Part shown: positions 1 to 7,740 of the stretch, in pieces
Layout of the letters: each line of letters begins with the position of its first letter
How positions within the stretch are numbered: position 1 is the first letter of the stretch
NCBI GenBank assembly: GCA_021786615.1
Contig: JAJYMZ010000160.1
Span: forward strand, 1 to 38,640
Length of the DNA: 38,640 nt
Reading direction: 5' to 3'
DNA from: Acidobacteriota bacterium
GTDB taxonomy: Bacteria; Acidobacteriota; Holophagae; Holophagales; Holophagaceae
Notes under the pieces: model-generated
What the model was told of the DNA's origin: nothing
The model's database searches: none
The model's input: the letters and a program-made list of their open reading frames with translations, nothing else
Position numbers and translations under genes: made by a program

Positions 1-1584
1 TCCGATCTCCTGGCCAAGTCCGATTTCCTTTCCGCCATGAGCCATGAGCTGCGCACACCGCTCATCGGCATCACCGGCATGCTGGAAGTGCTCACTCAAA
101 GCGATCTTGATGCAGAACAGCGCCAAGTCGTGAGCATCATCCACGAATCATCGGAAAGCCTGCTGCACATCATCGGCGACATTCTCGATTTCTCAAAAAT
201 CGAAGCCAACAAGATGGAACTGGCCCACCAGACCTTCTCGGCGCGCGCTTTGTTGGAATCCATGTCCCAGGTCTTCAAGCCCGCGGCCTTTGCCAAAGGT
301 TTGGATCTCATTGTGGAAGTTGATCCCAGAATCGCCCCGGCCCATGTGGCCGACGCCATGCGTCTTCGGCAAATCCTCAACAACTTCATGAGCAACGCAG
401 TGAAGTTCACCGAACGGGGTTCCATCACCCTGAGGCTCCGATTGGTGGAATCCACCGGCCACAGCGAATCTTTAGCCTTTGAAGTAGAGGACACCGGCAT
501 CGGTGTGTCGCCTGAAAACATATCGAAGCTCTTCGAGCCCTTCAGCCAGGCCGAAGCCAGCACCACGCGCCGTTTTGGCGGCACTGGATTGGGTCTGACC
601 ATCTCCCGGCGGCTGGCGGAGTTGATGGGGGGAAGCCTGACCATGCAAAGCACGTTGAGACATGGCAGCACCATCACCCTGATGGTGGACTTGGCCACTG
701 GAGACGAGCAGGACATCGTGAACCAGGATTTGCCGGGAACCGCCCAACCCGCGCCCATGCGGCCCGCGCCAAGCATTGAGGTAGCTGAGCGGGAACGCGG
801 TTTGATCCTCTTGGCTGAGGACCATCCCACCAATCGCATCGTCCTCACGCAACAGGTGAACCGGGCGGGCTTCGCGCTGGAAGTCGCGGTGGATGGGGAG
901 GAAGCCTTTGATAAATGGCGAAGCGGCCGGTATTCACTGCTCCTCACCGATCTGCATATGCCGCGCATGGATGGCTACCAATTGACCAAGGCCGTGCGGC
1001 AGTGGGAGCGAGAGAACGGATCAGAGAGGACGCCGATCCTGGCACTCACGGCCAACGCTCTGGGCGGTGAAGCTGAACGCTGCCTGGAGCTGGGCATGGA
1101 CGACTTCCTGGTCAAGCCGGTGACCATTCCCTTGCTGGCCTCCAAGCTGCGCCAATGGATGCCCCACGTGAAGATTGGCGAAGCTGCGGAAACCACTTCA
1201 ACTGGGTCGCCTCCACCCAAGGACGCGCAAAGAAGGCCCGTCTTGGATCCTAAAACTCTTTTGGACTTGTGCGATGGCGAAGCCAAGGCGGCACAAGAGA
1301 TTCTGGACGATTTCATCTTGACCACCAAAACCGATCTGCAGGTGATGCAGGAAGGGCTGGAACAAAAAGATATGTCCCTCATCGTGAGGCAAAGCCATCG
1401 GATCAAAGGTTCCGCCGCCATGGTTGGCGCCTGTGATGTAGCTCAACGGAGCCGGGAATTGGAAGCCTATGCCAAGCTCGAAACCGCCGAATGGGAAACG
1501 GTAACGGAACAAATAACCGGGATTCAGGATGCGTTGCAGGCAATTGGCCCTGTTTGGGGAATAGCTTCCCCGGATCAAAAGTAA
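1..1584 (+). CDS. hybrid sensor histidine kinase / response regulator with C-terminal HPt domain (5' end cut by window edge)
   Basis: Frame 1 is open from nt 1 (SDLLAKSDFLSAMSHELRTP = H-box). HATPase G-boxes are present (EDTGIGV, GGTGLGL). A REC domain follows (LLAEDHPTNR...LLLTDLHMPRMDG...VKP), then an HPt motif (SHRIKGSAAMVGA). Stop TAA at 1582-1584. Confidence 0.9.
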   Translation, partial: SDLLAKSDFLSAMSHELRTPLIGITGMLEVLTQSDLDAEQRQVVSIIHESSESLLHIIGDILDFSKIEANKMELAHQTFSARALLESMSQVFKPAAFAKGLDLIVEVDPRIAPAHVADAMRLRQILNNFMSNAVKFTERGSITLRLRLVESTGHSESLAFEVEDTGIGVSPENISKLFEPFSQAEASTTRRFGGTGLGLTISRRLAELMGGSLTMQSTLRHGSTITLMVDLATGDEQDIVNQDLPGTAQPAPMRPAPSIEVAERERGLILLAEDHPTNRIVLTQQVNRAGFALEVAVDGEEAFDKWRSGRYSLLLTDLHMPRMDGYQLTKAVRQWERENGSERTPILALTANALGGEAERCLELGMDDFLVKPVTIPLLASKLRQWMPHVKIGEAAETTSTGSPPPKDAQRRPVLDPKTLLDLCDGEAKAAQEILDDFILTTKTDLQVMQEGLEQKDMSLIVRQSHRIKGSAAMVGACDVAQRSRELEAYAKLETAEWETVTEQITGIQDALQAIGPVWGIASPDQK

Positions 1585-1594
1585 CCTTCAAACC

Positions 1595-2431
1595 ATGATC
1601 CCGCGACCTCAGCCCACTTTCGCCACCCTCGCCGATGGCGTGAAGCTGCACTACCGCGTCCAGGGTGATCCCGCCAATCCATGGCTGGTGCTGCTGAATG
1701 GGCTCCTGAGCGATACCACCATGTGGGCGGGGGTATTGCCGGGACTGACGGGCCATTTCCGGGTTCTGACGTTTGACTCGCGCGGACAGGGCCGTTCCGA
1801 TGCGCCGGAATCGGGGCCGTATTCGACGTCCTCGTTGGCCGCGGAGGCCTGGGAATTGATGCAGATCCTGGGCATCGATGAGCCATGGCTGGTGGGTCTT
1901 TCCAACGGCGCCGCCATGAGCCTGGAATTGCTGGTGGACCATCCGCGAGCCTTCCCCGGGGCTGTGCTCATCAGCTCTGTGGCGCACACGGATTTCGCCA
2001 TGAACCTGAAATCCGAACACTGGGCGCGCTGCCTGGAGGTGGGCGGTCCCCTGATGCAGTTCGACGCGGTGGCGCCCTTTCTCTGGGGCGATCGCTTTCT
2101 TGAGGCCCGCCACGGTGTGTTACGGGCTTATCACCAAGTCGTCACAGGACGTGGGCCGATCCATGGATCACTCCATCAAATTCGAGGCGTGGCGGGGTGG
2201 GATATCCGGGATCGGTTGCCGGAAATTTCGGTGCCCATCCTGCTTCTTTGCGGCGCTGAGGACCTGTTGACCCCCCCCTGGCGATGCCAGGAAACGGCCC
2301 GGCTCATTCCCCACGCGCGCTTCGAGGTGGTTCCGGGCATTGGGCATTCCTTTCCCGTGGAGGATCCAAAAGCCTTCGTACAGAGGGTGCTGGCATTTGT
2401 GGGGCTAGCCCAGGCAACCGAAAAGGCATAA
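1595..2431 (+). CDS. alpha/beta-fold hydrolase (enol-lactonase-like)
   Basis: 278 aa. Has an LLNGLL oxyanion-type region, the nucleophile elbow GLSNGA, and a C-terminal PGIGHSFPVEDP His motif. Starts 10 nt after the upstream stop. Confidence 0.8.
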   Translation: MIPRPQPTFATLADGVKLHYRVQGDPANPWLVLLNGLLSDTTMWAGVLPGLTGHFRVLTFDSRGQGRSDAPESGPYSTSSLAAEAWELMQILGIDEPWLVGLSNGAAMSLELLVDHPRAFPGAVLISSVAHTDFAMNLKSEHWARCLEVGGPLMQFDAVAPFLWGDRFLEARHGVLRAYHQVVTGRGPIHGSLHQIRGVAGWDIRDRLPEISVPILLLCGAEDLLTPPWRCQETARLIPHARFEVVPGIGHSFPVEDPKAFVQRVLAFVGLAQATEKA

Positions 2432-2492
2432 GCTGGGTCATTCAAGCATCCAACATCTTTGAAGTCCTCACCTGCCCATCAATGGGGTTTCC

Positions 2493-3785
2493 GTGCCTAA
2501 AGAAACCGTTAGCGCTGTCTCCTTGAGCCTGACCGAGCTCAAGCAGCAGCCCATTGGCCGCTTGGCGGAACTGGCCAAAGAGCTGGGTATCGAGAATCCC
2601 CTGGCCATGCGCAGGCAGGAGCTGATGTTCCGGGTGCTGGAATCCCAGGCCAGCCGTGAAGGCTACTTCTTCGCCGAAGGCGTGCTGGAAGTGCTCCCGG
2701 AAGGCTTTGGTTTCCTGCGGGCGCCGGAGCAGAATTATCTGGCGGGGCCCGAGGACATTTATGTTTCGCCTTCGCAGATCCGCAAGTTCAACCTGCACAC
2801 CGGCGATACCCTGAGCGGCATGATCCGGCCGCCCAAGGCCGAGGAAAAATTCTTCGCGCTGCTGCGGGTGGACGCGGTGAATTTCGATCCGCCCACCGTC
2901 GCCAAGGAACGCGCCCACTTCGACAACCTGGTGCCGCTCTATCCCACCGCGATGCTCAAGATGGAACGGAACGCCGCCGAACTTAGCACCCGGGTCATGG
3001 ACCTGATGACGCCCTTGGGCAAGGGGCAGCGCGCCCTCATCGTGGCGCCGCCCCGCACCGGCAAGACCGTGCTTCTGCAGAACATCGCCAACTCCATCAC
3101 GGCGAACCATCCCGAGGTCTTCCTGCTGGTGCTGCTCATTGACGAGCGGCCCGAGGAAGTCACGGACATGGAACGCAACGTGAAGGGCGAAGTCATCGCC
3201 TCCACCTTCGACGAGCCCGCCACGCGCCACGTGCAGGTGGCGGAAATGGTCATCGAAAAGGCCAAGCGCCTGGTGGAGCACAAGAAGGACGTGGTGATCC
3301 TCCTGGATTCCATCACGCGCCTGGCGCGGGCCTACAACACGGTGGTGCCGCCTTCGGGCAAGGTCCTCAGCGGCGGCGTGGACAGCAACGCCCTGCAAAG
3401 GCCGAAACGCTTTTTTGGCGCCGCCCGCAACATCGAGGAAGGCGGCAGCCTCACCATCGTCGCCACGGCCCTCATTGAAACCGGCTCTCGCATGGACGAC
3501 GTGATCTTCGAAGAATTCAAGGGCACCGGCAACAGCGAGATCGTGCTGGACCGCAAGCTGAGCGACAAGCGCATCTACCCCAGCATGGACATCCAGAAGA
3601 GCGGCACCCGCAAAGAGGACCTGATCATCGAGGCCCCCAAGCTCGCCAAGATCTGGGTCCTGCGCAAGATCCTGAGCGGCAGCGGCCCCGTTGAAAGCAT
3701 GGAACTGCTGCTGGACCGCCTGGGCAAGACCAAGAGCAACGACGAGTTCCTGGCGAACCTGCAAGAACCAGCCCCGAGGCGCTAG
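2493..3785 (+). CDS. rho: transcription termination factor Rho
   Basis: 430 aa with a GTG start. Near-colinear with canonical Rho: LTELK N-terminus, [18 protein letters not shown], Walker [49 protein letters not shown]. Confidence 0.97.
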   Translation: MPKETVSAVSLSLTELKQQPIGRLAELAKELGIENPLAMRRQELMFRVLESQASREGYFFAEGVLEVLPEGFGFLRAPEQNYLAGPEDIYVSPSQIRKFNLHTGDTLSGMIRPPKAEEKFFALLRVDAVNFDPPTVAKERAHFDNLVPLYPTAMLKMERNAAELSTRVMDLMTPLGKGQRALIVAPPRTGKTVLLQNIANSITANHPEVFLLVLLIDERPEEVTDMERNVKGEVIASTFDEPATRHVQVAEMVIEKAKRLVEHKKDVVILLDSITRLARAYNTVVPPSGKVLSGGVDSNALQRPKRFFGAARNIEEGGSLTIVATALIETGSRMDDVIFEEFKGTGNSEIVLDRKLSDKRIYPSMDIQKSGTRKEDLIIEAPKLAKIWVLRKILSGSGPVESMELLLDRLGKTKSNDEFLANLQEPAPRR

Positions 3786-3793
3786 GCGCCTCG

Positions 3794-3840
3794 CGGTATT
3801 GAGTTTGGCGTGCCTAGATGGCACGCCAAACTCAATACCG
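3794..3840. repeat. perfect 21-bp inverted repeat (hairpin, 5-nt loop) 8 nt after the rho stop; no U-tract
   Basis: CGGTATTGAGTTTGGCGTGCC (3794-3814) / TAGAT / GGCACGCCAAACTCAATACCG (3820-3840). The arms are exact reverse complements. Confidence 0.9.
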
Positions 3841-3947
3841 ATGGGCTGGTTTCAACGGATCGCGCCCAAGCGATCCGCCCCGTGCGCAGCAAGCAATCCC
3901 CTGATTTCGAGACGAGACCCGCATTTCGCGATCGCAGGATCCGCGCT

Positions 3948-4043
3948 GGCTTCGGACTTCAGGCTTCAGGTCCGCATCACCAATGGGCTAATCCAATGCG
4001 AAACGATGCTTTGCCTGAAGCCCGTAGCCTGAGGCCTGAAGCC
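3948..4043. repeat. 3+3 inverted cluster of CTTC(A/G)GG / CCTGA(A/G)G motifs flanking a 43-nt spacer
   Basis: Left arm GGCTTCGGACTTCAGGCTTCAGG (3948-3970). Right arm CCTGAAGCCCGTAGCCTGAGGCCTGAAGCC (4014-4043). Together they form an imperfect long stem. Confidence 0.7.
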
Positions 4044-4161
4044 AGTTTCAAGCGGTCCAACTACAGAATCTGGGCTGAATGCATGAATTGGTTTCAGAAA
4101 GCCAGACCGTCTCATCGCCATGCCTGTGGCGCCCATCACAAACCCACCGCCCTGACCAGAT

Positions 4162-4190
4162 GATCAGGTATGGATCAGGTTTTGATCAGG
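4162..4190 (+). promoter_or_regulatory. three direct GATCAGG repeats at exact 11-bp phasing upstream of the decahaem operon (candidate regulator binding site)
   Basis: GATCAGG occurs at 4162-4168, 4173-4179 and 4184-4190, each followed by a 4-nt spacer. The last copy ends 81 nt before GTG 4271 and 54 nt before ATG 4244. Confidence 0.55.
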
Positions 4191-4270
4191 CTGGAATCGT
4201 AGCCTCTGCTTAGTCAATGGCCCACGACTGGGTTGTTACCTAAATGCGCGGATGGCGCGGGAGGTTTCGA

Positions 4271-5170
4271 GTGAGATTCTTTCGATACTTGGTAGCCCTG
4301 CTACTCCTTTCCCTGCCCGCCCTCGGGGCCGGGAAGGCCGGGGAGGTCAACTGGAGCCAGTTGAATCCAGCCTTCGGGAAGGCGACTTATGTCAAAGACA
4401 AAGCCGTTTGTGCCAGTTGTCACGAGGATTCGGTCAAAGCCTACGCGGGGACCCTGCACGGCCAGGTGTTCCAGCACGGTTCCAAGGGCGCGCTTCAGGC
4501 GCTGGATTGCGAAGCTTGCCATGGGCCGCGCAGCCTGCATGTGGACAAACCCGATGCCAGCCTGAAACTGTCCATCAAACAATTCACAGCGGTCTGTCTG
4601 CAATGCCACCAAGGCGGCGACCGCATGAATTGGCAGAGCGGCCGGCACCAATCGTCCGAGGCCGGCTGCATTTCCTGCCATTCAGTCATGAAGCAGCAGA
4701 GCGGCAAAGCCCTTTTGTCCAAGCCCACCGAAGCCGCGGTCTGCTACACCTGCCACACCAATGTCCAAGGCGAGCTGCAGAAGACATCGCACCACCCCGT
4801 GCGGGAAGGGAAGATGACCTGCTCCAGTTGCCACAACGTCCACGGCTCTACCGGCAAGTCCCTGCTGAAGGCCGGGTCGGTCAACGAAACCTGCTTCAAC
4901 TGCCATCAGGACAAGCGCGGGCCCTTCCTCTTCGAGCACGCGCCGGTGCGCGAGAACTGCGCCAACTGCCACAACGCCCACGGATCCAACAACGCCAGCC
5001 TGCTGGATAGCAAAGGCTCCTTCCTTTGCCTGCAGTGCCACTCCTATGGCGGCCACATCAACCTGCCCCGCTACAACCGCGTGAGCAATCCCTACGGCCA
5101 GGGCTGCGTGAACTGCCATCTCACCCAGCACGGCTCCAACAGCCCGTCGGGCGCCAAATTCACCCGCTAA
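4271..5170 (+). CDS. periplasmic decahaem c-type cytochrome, DmsE/MtrA/PioA/MtoA family
   Basis: Ten CXXCH motifs: CASCH, CEACH, CLQCH, CISCH, CYTCH, CSSCH, CFNCH, CANCH, CLQCH, CVNCH. Family-typical RGPFLFEHAPV is present. Signal peptide MRFFRYLVALLLLSLPALGA. GGGAGG Shine-Dalgarno lies 6 nt before GTG 4271; an alternative in-frame ATG is at 4244. Confidence 0.9.
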   Translation: MRFFRYLVALLLLSLPALGAGKAGEVNWSQLNPAFGKATYVKDKAVCASCHEDSVKAYAGTLHGQVFQHGSKGALQALDCEACHGPRSLHVDKPDASLKLSIKQFTAVCLQCHQGGDRMNWQSGRHQSSEAGCISCHSVMKQQSGKALLSKPTEAAVCYTCHTNVQGELQKTSHHPVREGKMTCSSCHNVHGSTGKSLLKAGSVNETCFNCHQDKRGPFLFEHAPVRENCANCHNAHGSNNASLLDSKGSFLCLQCHSYGGHINLPRYNRVSNPYGQGCVNCHLTQHGSNSPSGAKFTR

Positions 5171-5183
5171 AGGAGGCATCAAC

Positions 5184-7685
5184 ATGAGCACGAAACAGGT
5201 CATTGGATCCTTGCTTCTGCTGGCGCCCATGGCGGCCCTGGCACAACAGCCAAAGCAGGTCGAGAGCAAAGGTGAATTCGCGGTGGAAGGCCGCAGGATC
5301 GAAGTGGACCCCGCATCCTCGAAATTCAACGAGTACAGCGATGTCCGCAATGGATTTCCCCTCTACAAGCTGGGGCTCAACTTCCTGGATACCGGGAGCG
5401 GCCTCTACTTTGATTTCAATGGGAAGAACATCCTCCGGAAGGATCAGACCCTCCGGATGGAGATGGGCCGTTATGGGAAATGGAGTCTCGTGCTGGACCG
5501 CGACGAGCTTCCCCACAACTTGAGTTTTAAAGCCAAGACCCCTTTCCGGAATCAGGGAGGTGGGCTATTCACGGTGGACTCCCCGGTGCCCATTCCGAAC
5601 CGGAATCTCACGCCCACCGCCACCCAGCTCCTGGCGAATGATGCGGCCACCGCCGCCTGGCTGGACACCAACCTGAGGGGGACGAGCCTGGGCACCCAGC
5701 GGGACAAGACCGGCGCCACGCTCGTAGTCACGCCCACGGAACACCTGAAGTTCCGCCTCAGCCTTTCGGATGAGCGCAAAGTAGGTTCCAAGCTCGGCTA
5801 TGGCGCCATTGGGGATCGGCCACCCCGCACCCTGAACATCCAGTTGGCCCAGCCGGTGGACTATTCAACCCGGGAAATGAAACTGGAGGCTGAATACAAT
5901 CGCTCCAGGTACCAGGCGCAGTTGACCTATGCCGTCTCGAGTTTTAGCAATGGCATTGACACCTTCCGGTGGCAGAACATCTACACGAACTATAGCGGCG
6001 GCAATACCTTTGATCAGTGGACTGGACATCGGGTGGCCACTTTCGGCCAGATTCCGCTGGCTCCCGACAACCGCTATCAGAACGCCACGCTATCCCTGGG
6101 GATCAACCTGCCCTCAGCCAGCCGCTTGTCCCTGATGGCCGCGTACGGCCGGATGGAACAGAACCAGACCTTGCTGCCCTACAGTTCCAGCAGCTTCAAT
6201 GGCACCACGGTGGATTTCAGCAGCACGGCCTCCCTGCCCAGGAAGACCGCGGATGCCAAGATCACCACCAAGCGGGTGAACCTGGATTACACCATCAACC
6301 CGGCGAGCCGGCTGAACCTGAGGGCCTTCGTCCACTACTACGGCCTGGACAACGGCACGCCCCAGAGCAACTGGTGGTACATCACCAGCGATGCCATCCC
6401 GGGCGGATCCACCGCCACGGTGACGAACCCCACCGAAAAGAACCAGAGGATCAACCGGCCCTACTCTTTCAACCAGACGAATGCCGGCCTGGAGGCTTCC
6501 ACCTATCTTTCGTTCTGGCGGACTTCCCTCGGCCTGACCCTGGAACGCGAGAGCAAGAACCGCGAGTTCCGTGAAGGCAACACGCGGGAGACCAGGCTTC
6601 AGGGCAGCTTCCGTTCCCGTCCGGCCAACTGGCTCACCCTGCGCGGGAAATACCTCCTCGGCAATCGCGATGGAGGCGCCTATAACACCTTTGTTTCCGC
6701 GAGCACTTACTGGTATGACACCACGGTGGCCAACGACAATGATAATCCGGCCCTCAGCTTCACCAACCACCCGGACATGCGCAGGTTCGATGTTTCAGAC
6801 CGCAAGCGCGACCAGTGGGATCTTGCCGCCATGCTCGCGCCCATGGATGCCCTGAACTTGACCTTCACCTACCGTGAGCGGAAGGATGACTTCGCTTCTG
6901 GCGTGGTACGCACTCAGCCCTTGCTCGGGAATCGCTTCGCGGCGACCGATGCGGACCGGGCGGCTTACACGCCCGGCAATCAGCTGGGCCTGCTCAAGAA
7001 CAATAGCCAGCGCTATGCCTTTGATCTTTCCTATGCGGCCAGCGAGCGGCTGACCCTCAACGCCTTCGCCAGCCGGGACACCTTGGATCTGACCCAGCGA
7101 GGCATCGAGTTCAACGAGGGCAACAAGCTCAACCCGACCACCGCGTCCCTGGCCACCAACGATCTCGGGCCCTGGACCCGCGCCAACTCCCAATGGATGG
7201 CCCTCACCAGGGACACCACCGACACGGTCGGCCTAGGCGCCGCCTTCGAGATCATTCCCAGCAAGTTCCGCGTTGCCACGGACTACTCCTATTCCAATGG
7301 AGCGGTGGGCATCTCCTATAGTGGATTTGGCGCCGTGTCTTCCCTCAACCCTGGGACCACCCTGCCGGACAACACCCAGTATGCGTTCCGCACGCCTCCC
7401 ACCGTGCGCAACAAGCGCACCACGCTCAACGTGAACTTCGCCTACCAACTCACGAAAAATCTGGCGGCCGGGCTCCGCTACGCATACGACCGCTACGACT
7501 TGAGCGACTGGATGCAGGAAGCCAACACGCCCTGGTTCGAATCCGTCGGCAGCCAATACCTGCTGCGGGACAGTTCCTCGGCGACTTCCAACCAGTGGGG
7601 CAACCGCCTGGTCAACCTGGGCAGCTACCTCGCCCCGACCTACGATGCCCATTTTGTCTCCCTGAGTTTGAAGTACACCTTCTAA
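5184..7685 (+). CDS. MtrB/PioB-family outer-membrane beta-barrel (decahaem-associated porin)
   Basis: 833 aa, starting 13 nt after the decahaem gene with an AGGAGG Shine-Dalgarno. Signal peptide ends ...APMAALAQQ. Contains an SKFNEYSDVRNG motif. Composition is rich in alternating Y/T/S/N/G, and the C-terminus is ...SLKYTF. There are no cysteines at all. Confidence 0.8.
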   Translation: MSTKQVIGSLLLLAPMAALAQQPKQVESKGEFAVEGRRIEVDPASSKFNEYSDVRNGFPLYKLGLNFLDTGSGLYFDFNGKNILRKDQTLRMEMGRYGKWSLVLDRDELPHNLSFKAKTPFRNQGGGLFTVDSPVPIPNRNLTPTATQLLANDAATAAWLDTNLRGTSLGTQRDKTGATLVVTPTEHLKFRLSLSDERKVGSKLGYGAIGDRPPRTLNIQLAQPVDYSTREMKLEAEYNRSRYQAQLTYAVSSFSNGIDTFRWQNIYTNYSGGNTFDQWTGHRVATFGQIPLAPDNRYQNATLSLGINLPSASRLSLMAAYGRMEQNQTLLPYSSSSFNGTTVDFSSTASLPRKTADAKITTKRVNLDYTINPASRLNLRAFVHYYGLDNGTPQSNWWYITSDAIPGGSTATVTNPTEKNQRINRPYSFNQTNAGLEASTYLSFWRTSLGLTLERESKNREFREGNTRETRLQGSFRSRPANWLTLRGKYLLGNRDGGAYNTFVSASTYWYDTTVANDNDNPALSFTNHPDMRRFDVSDRKRDQWDLAAMLAPMDALNLTFTYRERKDDFASGVVRTQPLLGNRFAATDADRAAYTPGNQLGLLKNNSQRYAFDLSYAASERLTLNAFASRDTLDLTQRGIEFNEGNKLNPTTASLATNDLGPWTRANSQWMALTRDTTDTVGLGAAFEIIPSKFRVATDYSYSNGAVGISYSGFGAVSSLNPGTTLPDNTQYAFRTPPTVRNKRTTLNVNFAYQLTKNLAAGLRYAYDRYDLSDWMQEANTPWFESVGSQYLLRDSSSATSNQWGNRLVNLGSYLAPTYDAHFVSLSLKYTF

Positions 7686-7704
7686 AAATGTTCCCAGGCA
7701 TTCA

Positions 7705-7740
7705 GCAAATCCCACCCTTGACCGGGGGGGATTTGCTTTT
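7705..7740 (+). terminator. intrinsic terminator after the barrel gene (lies between convergent genes)
   Basis: GCAAATCCC (7705-7713) pairs with GGGATTTGC (7728-7736). The stem can extend through the CCC/GGG runs and is followed by TTTT (7737-7740). Confidence 0.7.

Noticed and set aside
2271-2278. C8 homopolymer in the alpha/beta hydrolase gene.
   Set aside because: It is a single tract encoding Thr-Pro-Pro within an intact frame. There is no second tract and no surface-structure context, so it does not merit a phase-variation claim.
2442-3824. 460-aa ORF antisense to rho. Similar long antisense or overlapping ORFs occur elsewhere, e.g. 96-968, 1403-2113, 22129-23388, 23738-24616, 21194-22075 and 20429-21148.
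   Set aside because: Each fully overlaps a gene with strong family motifs on the other strand. Their Ala/Gly/Arg/His/Pro-rich, low-complexity translations have no recognisable motifs. This is typical stop-codon depletion in GC-rich DNA.
3810-4163. 117-aa ORF (and the 3691-4032 ORF) in the rho-to-decahaem intergenic region.
   Set aside because: It has Arg/Ala/Pro-rich composition and starts inside the perfect hairpin. It runs through the inverted-repeat cluster and has no Shine-Dalgarno or motif. The region is better explained as structured non-coding DNA.
4218-4235. Possible sigma-54 promoter (TGGCCC-N5-TGGGTTG) upstream of the decahaem gene.
   Set aside because: Only the -24 TGGC element fits. 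The -12 TTGC element is replaced by TGGG. No enhancer-binding-protein gene is nearby.
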